Shown: positions 39,355 through 52,049 of the stretch, piece by piece | Numbering within the stretch: position 1 is the stretch's first letter | How the letters are laid out: each line of letters starts with the position of its first letter | Assembly (NCBI RefSeq): GCF_963506605.1 | Contig: NC_083286.1 | Span: 33,976,001 to 34,040,000 of the forward strand | DNA length: 64,000 bases | DNA from: Zootoca vivipara | Lineage: Eukaryota | Reading direction: 5' to 3' | Translations under genes and position numbers: made by a program | Notes under the pieces: model-generated | Seen by the model: only the letters and a program-made list of their open reading frames with translations | What the model was told of the DNA's origin: nothing | The model's database searches: none

Positions 39355-39774
39355 ACATACTTGGCTAAGAGTTCAACTGCCATCAAAAGCAATTATTTAT
39401 TATGACCCACTAAAAGGACAAAAATTGGCAAGCAACCATCTCCGTCCTCCAGTCCTCTTCAGTGTATGCAAAGTGGAAGGAGGGCAGAGAAAAAACCTGG
39501 CTTGGCACTATGCTTACAGTGATATAGTGTTATTTGTTGTTATATGGATTTGGCTGGTGCACATTCCATTTAAAGCACACCCACCCACAACCCAGATCCT
39601 GGGAGTGGTTGTTTAAGGTTGCTGGGAATAGTAGCTCTAAAAGGGGTAAACTGCAGTTCCCACAACTCTTTTCATAGGCGGCAGCGGGTGTGCTTTAAAT
39701 GTATGGTATGTCCCCAGCCTTGGTGGGAATGGCAAGTGGGCAGGGAAAATGTCATGCCCTGCTTGTGTCCTTCC

Positions 39775-39863
39775 CATAGCTGCCAAGTTTTCCCTTTTCT
39801 CACGAGAAAGCCTATTGAGCATAAGGGAAAATCCCTTAAAAAAGGGGTAACTTGGCAGCTATG
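39775..39863. mobile_element. 89-bp hAT-type MITE
   Basis: 15-bp perfect TIR CATAGCTGCCAAGTT; 8-bp TSD GTCCTTCC at 39767-39774 and 39864-39871. Confidence 0.9.
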
Positions 39864-40039
39864 GTCCTTCCCATGGGCCACTGATGATGGGCCACTGTAA
39901 GAACATGATGCTGGAGCAACAACAGGTGGGCTTGGGGGTCGTCTTAGGGTTCTACCATCACACCACTGCCGAAGCCAACCAAAAAGCCTCAGCGTGGACG
40001 AGAATTGCTTGAGCTCTGACCAACGGCTCAGCCTCCTCT

Positions 40040-41390
40040 GTTGTTTTATTTTCCCCCGCCGCCGCTCCGGCTTCCCTCCACACCTGTTGGAAAAAGTCGC
40101 CTCCTTACAACCTTTGTACGTGACAGCATCTCCTTCCTTTTGATCATGCCTTTCCATCCAGGCGTCTTCCCAGGGCGCCTTACATTAAGATATCCCTGAT
40201 TGCGGTGGGGGAAGGGCATACCCCGCTTCTACCCCATCCCCCACCCCTCTCAGACGCACAGAGTTCCTCGACTCGCCCGCCCCACCCTCCGAGCCTCTCG
40301 GCGCCGGCCGCTGCCCCATAAGCTGGGCCTCGCTCGCTCCCCCGCCCCGCCCCGCCGCCTCTCGAATCCTGCACATCCGCCTCTCCGCGCCTGCTCACTC
40401 CCTTCGCCAGGGAAGTCAGCCGTTCCTGCGCCGCCCGTGTTGTGCCGAGCCGCGGTGCGCGCGCCTTGGCCGGCAACCTGGCGCATGCGCCCCTTTGAGC
40501 TCGCAGGCTGGCTGGCGTCTGTGGAGAGAGGGCGAAGGAGAGGGGACAGAGTTAGAGCAGGACGAGGAGGAGGAGGAGTTGTGCCGCGAAGGGAAGGGCG
40601 GCGAGCAGCGGCGGCGGTTCCCTCTTTCTCCGAGCCGCTCTCCCCACCCCCAATTCCCGGTGGCTGTGGCGGTCGGGGCCGGGCCGAGTCAGCGAGATGG
40701 TCATGGCGTACTTTGTGGAGAGTTTCTGGGTGAGGAGCTGGTTTTTTTTTCTTCCCTTCCCTCCCCCCTTCCCGGCTCTCCCTTCCCCAGGGGCCGGACC
40801 GTGTCGCGCACAATGGAAAAGAAGCGCGGGGAGGGATAAGAGGCGACCCGGACGGCGACCCGGAGCCTGGTGGCGGCGGCGGCGGCGCCTCTGCCTCTTC
40901 TCCTTCCCGGCTCTTGCGCCACCTTCGGGGCAGGGTTCGGGCCTGCCGTGGCGACGGCTTGGGATACGGGGGGCGCCGCTTCCCTTCGCTGCGAAGTACG
41001 GTGGCCTCGGCTTTTACCTCACGGGCCGCTCCGTGGCCAGTGCCAGCGCCTGCTGCTGGGGGCGGGGGGGGGGGGTGCGAGCGAGCGAGGCCGGCGTGAG
41101 GGGGACGGGCTTGTGTGGCGGGGGCTTAACCCAGGCCAGTGCCCTTGTGTGGCTCCTGTGCTGAGGATGCCTGCCTTCTCCGGCTCCCTCTTTCCCTGGG
41201 TGAGAAGGAAGTCCAGGGCACCTGTTGCTGTTGCTTTGCCCCGAGAGGAGGGTGACTGGGAGTGGCGGCGGCTTAAAATGTGCCCTCCTGCCCCCGAGGG
41301 GCGTCTCTCGATGCGGCGGCGGGACGGGGCCAGGCTGCTGGGTGAGGTTGTTTACTTTTCCTCTTCTTCACTCTCGCGGACAAAACCCTA
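40040..41390. promoter_or_regulatory. FCHO2: CpG-island promoter of FCHO2
   Basis: Abrupt GC/CpG-rich block around the first exon; GC boxes (CCCCGCCCC ~40340-40353); NRF1-type palindrome GCGCATGCGC at 40481-40490. Confidence 0.92.
40697..40729 (+). CDS. FCHO2: FCH domain only protein 2, coding part of exon 1, MVMAYFVESFW
   Basis: ATG in good Kozak context (gagATGG), GTGAGG donor at 40730; matches the FCHO2 N-terminus. Confidence 0.95.
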
Positions 41391-41900
41391 GAAACTGAGG
41401 CTCAGTGGAAGTTTACTTGGGATCCTCCCCCCCCCTTCCCTTGACTCTTCTACTACAGTAAATGCCGCTGCTGAATCTTCAGTGTCTTGTGGAATCCGAA
41501 ACTACTCCATTGTAGTGCTGCTTTTTTTAAAAAAAGGTCTTGTTTATGCTTGTTTTTTTTTAAAGCAAGACGAGGTCTTTATTTATGACTTAACAAGGAG
41601 ATCTTACCAATCTATTATATATAAAACTTCTTAGCAAAGGAACCAAAGAGATGAAGTAGCCTAATAATAGGAACCTCAAGTCACTGTCTGGATATTGAAT
41701 TTTTATGTACTTACTACTGTACATGACTTTTGAGTTAAGCAGTTAGAGGTTTTTAACACTATATAGTAGAATCAAGGTAATCACCTAAATGCAGAGCAAA
41801 CCTGGCTTGGGTTTTTAAAAATATCCTCTATACACGTACATGCTTTATTTCAGAGACACTGTGTTAGTGTATCTGTGCTTTCCAGGAATGAAACTGTATA

Positions 41901-42327
41901 CAGTGGTACCTCGGTTTATGAACACAATTGGTTCCGGAAGTCTGTTCATAAACTGAAGCGTTCATAAACTGAAGCGAACTTTCCCATTGAAAGTAATGGA
42001 AAGTGGATTAATCCGTTCCAGACGGTCCGCAGGGTACTTAAACTGAAGCGTTCATAAACTGAAGCGAACTTTCCCATTGAAAGTAATGGAAAGTGGATTA
42101 ATCCGTTCCAGATGGGTCCGCGGAGTACTTAAACTGAAGCGTTCATAAACTGAAGCATGGGTGTAATTGGTTCCGGAAGTCTGTTCATAAACTGAAGCGT
42201 TCATAAACTGAAGTGAACTTTCCCATTGAAAGTAATGGAAAATGAATTAATCCGTTCCAGATGGGTCCGCGGTGTTCATAAACCGAAAATTCATAAACCG
42301 AGGTGTTCATAAACCGAGGTTCCACTG
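41901..42327 (+). mobile_element. Tc1/mariner (Tigger-like) MITE with internal tandem sub-repeats
   Basis: TA|CAGTGGTACCTCGGTTTATGAAC...GTTCATAAACCGAGGTTCCACTG|TA. Confidence 0.92.
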
Positions 42328-44028
42328 TACAAGGACATACAGCTTGTCCTCTTTTTCTCTGCCTCTTCTGCACTTCATGATTCAGAAGAACAGCAAGCTA
42401 GTAGTAGTTTCATGAAATGATTTAAATAGCATGTATAGGTTACTAATAAAATAATTAGATGTTGCCTTGGAATATCTGCTATCTTAAAAGTGTCACAGAA
42501 TTTTTGTCCATATAAAGTTTCTAAGAATGCTCATTCAACTTTGATTTCCTTAAATTGGATCTGCTTTTCTCTGAAAGCTCAGAGTCCCAGTGAATTGCTG
42601 CTTAGGATTTTTTTTTAATTAGTACCCAATTGAGGTTGCTGTCTGCCATTTACCTTTATGGGACTTCCTTCTGAGTAGACATGTATGGATTTGCAGTAGA
42701 AGTGACAGATTCCTGACAGAATCAGATGGACTCAAGAGAAAGTCCATCTGAATTCATTGTGGTATATACCGTAGTAAGAGTGCACAGGATTTCAACCTTG
42801 GATATCTTGGGACATTTTGAGACAACAAATGTGACCAGCTGTTTCAGAATCAATTGAAATGTTGATTATGGCTTTATAAATGTTTATTTATGGCTGAATG
42901 TATTTCAAATGACATCTTTTGAAGGAAGTACAGATATTGGTAGTATATTTGGGGTGGCAGTTCTGCAAATATTTGTATGTTCATTATGTCCAGGATCTAG
43001 TCCTTTTATTATATAAAAGTCAGAATATATAACTTATTGTTTCCTCATACTTATTGCCTGTATTTTCTGTTCCTGTATTTTACAGTTGGGTGGTGGTTGT
43101 GACTGTGAAATATGTGGCAATTGTTGGTCACTGCTGGAGAAGAATATACTGTACTGCCATTACTGAAAACCTGCATACCTTCTTGGTGTCAGGAACAGAT
43201 AATGCTAATAACTTAATTATTAGGTTTAACAAGTAAAGGTTTAACTGAATCCAGGTTTAAGTGGTGTCAATTTCAAGGGAAGAACACTGGCAAATGAATG
43301 TTTCTAAATTTGATGAGACTAAAGGCCTATTTAAAAGTAGATCATGAATGCAACTTTGTAACTGAACGTGTGAACTGACTCCATAGAAGAGCATTCTGTA
43401 TGAGGTATTGCGGCCATGATGTTGAGTGAAAATATTTGTTTCTTATACTGTAGATGAAATCTACCTTCACTATATTTTCCCTAGAAACATTTCTAAAAAC
43501 AGAAACTCTGCTCCAAACTCTACTGTACACCAAGTGGTTGAGTGCGAATTAGTTTTGAAACAAAATGGAGCCACCCCAAAATAAGCTAGTTTTTTTTGCT
43601 TCCTTGAGGGGTGCCCTAGAGATACAGAATTTTATAAATCTATTAATGAAAAGTAAAGTAAAACTGCTAACAAGAACATGGGAATTTACAGAACATTGGT
43701 AAGAGTTTAGCCTACAAAGAGAGGGGTGAGGGAGGATCTAAATAAATAAATTGGTAGACTGTGAATCTATCAGTCCAATCTATGTCTGAGAACAGTTTAA
43801 GACATGGAATTTCCATTTTACTCAATCAATTATAATATTTAGAACTCACCTTTCAAAGGATCTCAAGTTGCAATACATGGTTCTCTCCCAGTCCATTTAT
43901 CCTCACAACAACACTGTAAAGTCAGTTAGGCTTAGAGAGAGTGGCTGGCCTAAGGTCACCCAGTGAGCTTCATGGTTGAGTGTGGTTTTGAGCTCTGCTT
44001 TTCCAAGTCCTAGTCCAACATTCCAACA

Positions 44029-44164
44029 CAGCCTTTCTCAACCTTGGGTCCGCAGATGATGTTGGACTACAACTCCCAGCATCCCTGACTACTGACCCTG
44101 GTAACTAGAAATGATGGGAGTTGTAGTCCAACAACATGAGGGGACTTAAGGTTTAGAAAAGCTG
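44029..44164. mobile_element. Older copy of the palindromic hAT MITE family, within a MIR/Squam2-like SINE
   Basis: GGACTACAACTCCCA / TGGGAGTTGTAGTCC inverted core; degenerate TIRs. Confidence 0.75.
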
Positions 44165-45434
44165 ATCTAATCACTAGAGTACAATATTTCTGTCAGTTGT
44201 AAAAGTAAGAAAAAAGCAAATGAAGGGCAGAGGAAGAGAGGAAATTGACCTATTCAGCAATCAGCTCCTCAGCTGAGTGCCCTTCTACACTTCATAGCTA
44301 TGAAAGTATTGGGTTTGACACTGACAACTCTCTAGTCACAGTGCTATGTAACACAGCTGTAGAAGGCCAGCAGGGACAGAAACTCCTGAAATTCACTTTG
44401 CCCCAAGGCCTGAAAAGCATTTAAAGGCTCCTATTCTGGGTTCTCTGAATATACTGCAACATTGTGCTGCAGGTCCCCCTTGTTTTTGAAACTCATTAGT
44501 GATGGAACAATGATAGAACATTCCTGCATTGCAGGGAGTTGGACTAGATGAGCCTTGGGGGCTCTTCCAACTCTACAATTCTATTATTCTATAAAATGGT
44601 TTCAAAGTTATAATTAACTGTTATCCCAGTGACTTTGCCTGAATATGTATATAGGGACACACATACAATGTATATGATTTTTCACTCACTCTGACACTTG
44701 ATTTGCCAATGAGGGTAGAAGGTAACAGGGCTAATATAAATAATCCCAAAATTTGCAGAACTGACTGCAACTATTCTGTTAATTACATTTCATAAAATAT
44801 ATCAGGTTTGATAATTTTGACTATTATATGTTTTTGAGATATTTATGCATTACTCTGAAACTTCCTCCCTGGAGAAACTACACTGGCTTCCTCCTTGTCC
44901 TTCTGCTGGCAGGTAAAGACATTCTTGTTCCAACAGGTTTTTTGGAATTGACTGCTTTTGATGAAAGGGCTGGTGCTGTGCTGCTTTTATTGTAATTATT
45001 TGTATGTTTTAAACATATTTTATATGTGTATATAGTTTCACCTCTATTAATGTTTAATTGTTTTTTAATTATAGTTTTTTGTTTTGTTTTTAGTGATTCT
45101 TGTTTTTATGTAGGTATACGTGAAAACAAGAATCACTAAAAACAAAACAAAAAACTATGTCTGGTTGTTTTAACTGTATCTAGTTTTGAAATTGTTTTGT
45201 GGGTCTTTGGACCGCAATAAAGTTTTGATTTGTTTTTATGTGTAAGCCACATTAAGTCCCTTCACTGAAAAAGATGGGGTATAAATATATATATTATAAT
45301 AATAACATATTATGTGTGTAGCATATTTTTAGTTTTGTTTACCAAATATAAACAAATCGAGATCACTTTAGGGCATCAGTACATTTTTCAGTTGAAGGAT
45401 TTCCAAATAAGCATACAAATTTATTTACAGAGTA

Positions 45435-46111
45435 CAGTGTTACCTTGGTACTCAAAATTAATCCGTTCTGGAAGTCCGTTCCAAAACCAAAGTGTTCCAA
45501 AACCAAGATGCACTTTCCCATAGAAAGTAATGCAAAACCGATTAATCTGTTCCAGACTTTTAAAAACAACCCCTAAAACAGCAATTTAACATGAATTTTA
45601 CTATCTACCGAGACCACTGATCCATAAAATAAAGCAATAATCAATGTACTGTACTATGAAAATAAATAAAACAGTATTGTAGATGACAACAATTAGAATT
45701 ATTATTTCTTACCTGCACTGATAATAGTCATTGTTTGGATGGGGGGCTTTTGTCCATTTGCACAGTCACACAATCAATCAGTATCTGAACTGGGTTCCAC
45801 ACAGTCACAAAAACAAATTAACCAAAAAAGTCACAAAACAAAACAAAAAAATGCAAAATAAATAGCACTAAATATAAGCTCCAAATATCACCTCAGAACA
45901 CTGCAATTGGAAATGGAAGGCTTGAATTACAATGGGGGGATGCAAATTAGCAGTGCAACAGTAAAAATGGAAACAAGGCTTGAATTACAAAATGGAGCAC
46001 ATTTGGCTCCTGAAAAGAAGTTCGAAAACCGGAACACCTAATTCCGGTTTTGCAGCATTCTGGTTCCAAGTTGTTTGTGAACTAAGCTGTTCGAAAACCG
46101 AGGTACCACTG
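45435..46111. mobile_element. Tc1/mariner-type non-autonomous transposon
   Basis: TA|CAGTGTTACCTTGG...CCGAGGTACCACTG|TA. Confidence 0.85.
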
Positions 46112-46423
46112 TACTTGAACTATTGTTGCTGCATGTATGCGTATGGAAAAACAATGTATCCTTTGAAAACATACACTTCTTATACTATGCTAGCTATACA
46201 ATCTTCTGTGCAACCATGATTTTTTTATGCATGTGTAACAGCTTTCCTTTCAGGGTTTATTTTCTCATTTATGGTGAAGTATAATGTGAAGTACTGGGTT
46301 TGAATTATATAAATAAGATTATGTTGGCACTGTCATGGGATAAGCCATTATGTGGTATACTGTATTTAAAAAAGAATAATGTGGTGCAAGCAGTATAACC
46401 CAGTATCAACCCAACCAATACAT

Positions 46424-47061
46424 CAGTGTTTCTCAACCTTTTTTGGGCCACGGCACACTTGTTCTATGAAAAAAAATCCCGCGGCACACCAACTCTGTGC
46501 CGCCCTATATTTAGTTTAGTTTGGAGGGGAGACGTAAAGCATGCCACTGAAGAACTGCTGCGCGGTAGCCAGGCGGACCCACCAGGCGCAGAGCCTGCGG
46601 AGCGAGCGGGGACACGTTAGACGGCACGCACAGACCCCAGGCGGGCAGACACGGGCGCGCAGCTGCCGCCGCCTCCCTCCCAGCCACCCCAGGCAGCCGC
46701 CGCCGCTCTGGCCCGGTGAAGGGAAGCCCTGCGCAGCCTTCCCCGCCTGCCTCCTCCTCCCCAGGCGGCGGCGCCCTCTCTGGCCTCCGGCTGGATGCCA
46801 ACTCTTTGCCGCGACGTGCGGCGACGAGAAGGGCGATTTGCATTGTCATGTGCCTGGCGGCCGCCAATATCCAGCACTGGCCCGCCGGAAAGGAAGCCGG
46901 CCGGGTCACGACACGGGCGCTCGCCTCGCGTCGTGACCTGGCCGGCTTCCTTTCCGGTGGGTCAGCGACGTGACAATGCAAATCGCCCTTCTCGTCGCGG
47001 CACACCAGCCAGCGTCTCGCGGCACAGTAGTGTGCCGCGGAACACCGGTTGAGAAACGCTG
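46424..47061 (+). mobile_element. Young GC-rich hAT-type non-autonomous transposon
   Basis: TIRs CAGTGTTTCTCAACC / GGTTGAGAAACGCTG; 8-bp TSD CAATACAT at 46416-46423 and 47062-47069. Confidence 0.93.
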
Positions 47062-47389
47062 CAATACATCATTCCTAATACAATGAAGGAATTATGATGC
47101 CAGACTGTGATGTGGATTTAATGGGCAGCCAATCCCAATGCATGTAGATTGTGTGACTTGATTGCTTTTTGCTTACAGTGTATAGGTGCCATGTGTATAT
47201 AAACTATTTAAGGCAAAATCCAAATACCAAATTCTATAATATAATTCATAAATTGGAAGGGACCTTTTAAAAAAAACTGCAAAGAAAGTCCTGAATTGAG
47301 CACATCAACACTGGCATGAAAAGAAAATAAGTAGGTTGATTTGTTCATTGCAAAGTCTAGCCCACTGCTCAAAAGCATCCCTGAGAGAG

Positions 47390-47700
47390 AGAACCATCCA
47401 GCCATTGAGCAAAGAAGAGCTTGCCAAGACAGGCTATTCTAATGTTGAACATCTCTTGCCGTTAGGAAGTTTCTCTGCATGTTTAATCAAAATCTCCTTC
47501 CTTGCAATTTCCACTCACTGTGTCTAGTCTTGCCTTCTGGAGTAACAGTGAACAAGTCTGCTCCATCCTCCACATTGCAACCCTTCAGATAATTGAAGGC
47601 AGCTATAATGTTACTTTTTGATCTTCTCTTCTCAGTGCTGAATAGCTGATAGCTCTTGGTTTCCAGATTCTTCACTATTTAGGTTGCTTTCTTCTGGACA
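47390..47700 (-). mobile_element. CR1 LINE 3' fragment
   Basis: Minus-strand peptide IAAFNYLKGCNVEDGADLF...WKLQGRRF. Confidence 0.75.
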
Positions 47701-48479
47701 TACTGGATAAGGGATAAAGCTCTCTAGCCTTACTCTGCCAGCTTAAGCAGACTAGTACCGTAAATATTTTTGTAGGCTAGTAACTTTTGTGGGCTGATTG
47801 GCAATGCAGATATAATGAACATATGCAATGAACATGCAATTATTGTTCCATTGGAAGAGGTATTTTAATTCATAGTTCTTCTAGTTTTATAGGCTGAAAG
47901 TAGTAAGGCACTGTTAAGCACTGAGACTCCTAAAAGTGGGCTCATGTTTATATAGAGAGGTACTTTGCTTTTTTACTTTAAGTTCCCTGCTCCATTACAG
48001 GATAACTTATTTATAATTGATCATTTGTGGTACTGTAAATTCACATCTGGTTTGGTGCTTTAAGACCTTTTGACAATTGCTGCTGTTTTCCTGTAACAGC
48101 CTATTAGTACACTGCATTTTTAAGTACAGGAGATGTAGAAGTGGAATAGCCATCTTCATATAAGATCAGGAGATCAGATAGTGGAACACTCAAAAAGCTT
48201 GCTGTGACCAAATGGTCACAGTTTTCAGATAAAATCGCTTGTATCCGCACTGGCTTCTGAGAGGAATGGGGCTTGGACACTGTTTAGTCAGTTGTTATGG
48301 ATCCTTTTAAGCTTGTATTGCATGAGTATGTGCACAAGTTGCTTGGAAGGCTGATACATATATGTTCTATATAGGGTCTTTCCCATCCTGACAGTTCAAA
48401 TCAGCTAGAACTGGGTTGGTCATGTGGACAACTCTGAAGGATTAGTTCCCACAGTTCTTAAGGAGGCTGTGGTATAATA

Positions 48480-48890
48480 CAGTGGAACCTCGGTTTATGA
48501 ATTTTCGGTTTATGAACGCCGTGGACCCATCTGGAACGGATTAATTCACTTTCCATTACTTTCAATGGGAAAGTTTGTTTCAGTTTATGAATGCTTCAGT
48601 TTATGAACAGACTTCCGGAACCAATTACACCTATGTTTCAGTTTATGAACGCTTCAGTTTAAGTACTCCGTGGACCCGTCTGGAACGGATTAATCAACTT
48701 TCCATTACTTTCAATGGGAAAGTTCACTTCAGTTTATGAACGCTTCAGTTTAAGTACTCCGCGGACTGTCTGGAACGGATTAATTCATTTTCCATTATTT
48801 TCAATGGGAAAGCTCGCTTCAGTTTATGAACGCTTCAGTTTATGAACAGACTTCCGGAACCAATTGTGTTCATAAACCGAGGTACCACTG
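48480..48890 (-). mobile_element. Tc1/mariner MITE, same family as 41901-42327, opposite orientation
   Basis: TA|CAGTGGAACCTCGG...CCGAGGTACCACTG|TA; reverse complement of the first copy. Confidence 0.92.
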
Positions 48891-51800
48891 TAATAATAAT
48901 TTATTATTTCTACCCCGCCCATCTGGCTGGGTTTCCCCAGCCACTCTGGTAAAGAAGTTGTATTTGGACCCAACAAATAGTGTACTTACCTCCCAGTTTC
49001 CAGTTTGCAGTTTTGGAGATTTTGGTGCTGGAGTGGGTGATTTCATCTAGGTGACTTTAGAGGACACTTATTGCAAATTTTATGAAAATGGAATGGAGGA
49101 TGCGGCTTAGTATGACTGACTATTATGTGAAACCTTATGGTTGTTGAGTGTTTGCAATATTTGATAACTTAAGTTGGTGTTTTCAAGGCCTATTCAGATT
49201 CTGGGGAGTTTATCTATATATGCATTTACTGAAGAGAAATTATTGACTTGTTTAGCCCTTGGATGCTAGTAGTCAATATAATATGGCTCATGCCATGGAG
49301 TATGAAACCAGCCTTCAACTTCCATATGTTTTGTACTAGAATGCTTACAGTGCTTGTTAGGGCTGATTGGAATTGTAGTCCCAAACACCTGAAGGGCATT
49401 GGGTTGGAGAAGGCTAATCTAAGCAGTGAAATATTGCCTGTGAATTTGTGACTTACTTCTGAATAGAAATGTTTAGGATTGCACTGTTAAATGTTCTATT
49501 CAAACACATTGAAAGCTTTATGTATAAATTATTTTTCAGTACCTGCAAAAATGTAAAGACTGTGGCATGAACTTCTTTTACATTATGCAGTCTGAGATGA
49601 AATAAGTTTAGCTTCATTTTTTTACTTGACCTGCACAGGCAATCAGGTAACATTAATGTGTATTTGCAGTTTTATTTTATCCCCAATGACAAATCAAGAA
49701 AATATATAGAAGTGCATTCTTTAACACTTCATGAGAAACATTAATTACAACTCTGAAACTGCCAAGCTTGCAGCTTGTAATGGTATTGGTATCCACTAAT
49801 TATTACCACTTTTATGAAACAAAATTTTAATGGGACATTTTCTACAGAAAAATTAAGCATTGGAAAACTACCTGCAGTTTTCCCACTTTTGCAAAACTTT
49901 CCATGGTACATTACTGTTGTCAAACCTGTGACAATTACTCCACAATCCTAATACCCTCTTGCTACAGAATGCTCAATATAAACTGGTAGTCACTTGAATG
50001 AGCCAATGCTCCCTCTTCCTTTGCCTTCCATTTTCCTTTTCTATTTTGCAATTGAAACTCTCAGCCATTAAACCAATAGATTCCCACAGCTAACAAAGTT
50101 CCCCAGGTGAATGTTGAGAACTACTAACAGAAAATGCAGAAATTGAGGAATTTTGCATAATTGCTCCTTCCAAGGAAAAGGATCAGAAAAGACAACAGTT
50201 CCTGTAGTAGCCAGAGAAGATAGGTACAGTGCTGTAGATACAGAAGACATGTTCTGGCGGTACAGAAAGCAGGGAATTGGTGCCCATCTTACAGGGCTCC
50301 TTGTTTGAGCCACACACTGTCTGAGGACCTAGCATGAACTTGAAAGTTCCATCTTCAGGCAATAAAATGAGTTACTCTGGTATTTTCTCATTTCTGTGCC
50401 TTCTGCCCTATAAGTTGTAATGAGGGTTTTCAGAAACTTTTCCACTACCCTAAATCAGTTGTATCTGATTTTGTGTGTGCATATGATTATTGTCAGAAAT
50501 CAAAACTGAAAGTATGTCATCTTATTAGCTGTATGGATTTACCAAAGTTTTCTTATCCAGAAAGGTAGTTGAACATAACAGGCTCCAGCAAATCTACTCT
50601 CCATGGTAATTATGGTGACTAGTCTTCCTTGCTCTGCAAAGTGATTGAGGTGATAATGACTAGGCTCAAGTTTTGCTTCTGTTTGTGATGATTAGATCAA
50701 ATTCAAAAAGGTATGAAAATACAGGAAACTGAGCCAATCTCTCTGTAGGAGGAAAGGTTTACTTATTTATGCTAATCCATTGCAGTAAACAGGAATTGCA
50801 GTTTAAAAACAAAGTAGAGGGAATGGAGGGTGAAGCTTGATTCTCTCATCAGGCTAGTAACCTTTTTGCAATCACTGGCCATGTCACAGTCAAGCCCCAG
50901 GTGAGGAAACAAGCAAGTGGAGGAAAATAATCAAGTAGAACCCGGATACTTCTCTTTTTCTTTGATGTGCTTCCTGTTTTAGCCTAGCACTTTAAATAGT
51001 AAAACTTTTTCATAATATTTTCATTTCTGATTAAAATCAAAAGGTTGTATTTGGCTGACTGAAACTTTGTTAAACAAATGTTCAGTGTGTTTGAATCAAT
51101 GCTGTTTTACTCAAAGGAAGTACCATGGGGTTCAGTGGCGCTTACTCCCAGATATTTGCTGTCTTGGAATGCATTACATAAATCGTTGCATTTGCATATA
51201 ACAGAAAGCCAATAATTTGAGTTTACTAAGCCATGACTTGCCTACCATGCAGCCTCTTTGCAGCCATTTCTCTCCTTCCTTTATGCAAACACCTAGCATT
51301 TAACTCTTATCCATAACGTTCAATTGTGTGCAAATTCAGAAACACTGGTTAATAGCTTCAAAGCAAGCTAGGATACAAGACATTCTCTGGGTTCATATCC
51401 TGCCTTGTTTTGAGTAGATTGCAAATGAGTTTAGCCTTTTAAGATTCCACATGAACACTTTCATGAAAAACTAGTAGTTATTCATTTTTGTGAATAAATA
51501 GTCTTAGAAAATTCAAATAATTTTATTAGCCAGATTCTGCTTGTTCCCTGTATTTTGTGGTTGTACCAGGAAACAGCAATGTAACTATTTTGTAACTAAA
51601 CTGATATAAATCATTGGGTAGTATTCAACTGAGTTTTACTTGGAAAAGACCCACTGAAATATACATAACTAAGTTAGGTCCATTAATTTCATTGGGTCTC
51701 TTCTGAATAAAACCTAGTTGAATACCACATACCTGCAGTTAAAATATGAAAGGAGAAGAAAAAACCTGTAGAGCAAATTTCATGTTGAAAATGGTTGTGG

Positions 51801-52049
51801 TGGAGGAATTAAGTATACATAAAACTCAAGTTACATCATTATACAATATGTGTATTGATAAATGCATATAATGTGTATCATGGCAGGACTGGACTTCACA
51901 GCTGGTTACTAGATAGTAATGCATGGCTTTTCAACCTGGCTATAATTTGTATACTTAAATGAAATTTAAATAATTAAAGTGCACTTAGTGTGGTTTAAAT
52001 ACTAAATATGTTCAAGCTTGGAAATGCTTGTAAATATTTTATACCAATG

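Noticed and set aside
40180-41391. Many overlapping long ORFs on both strands
   Set aside because: Expected from stop-codon scarcity in a GC-rich CpG island; low-complexity R/G/P/A peptides; only MVMAYFVESFW is FCHO2 coding
41940-42300. Regularly spaced repeats resembling a CRISPR array
   Set aside because: Eukaryotic DNA; the intervening sequences are themselves repeated and lie within a mariner MITE
46426-47052. GC-rich ORF cluster suggesting a second promoter or gene
   Set aside because: Entirely inside a TIR/TSD-bounded hAT element
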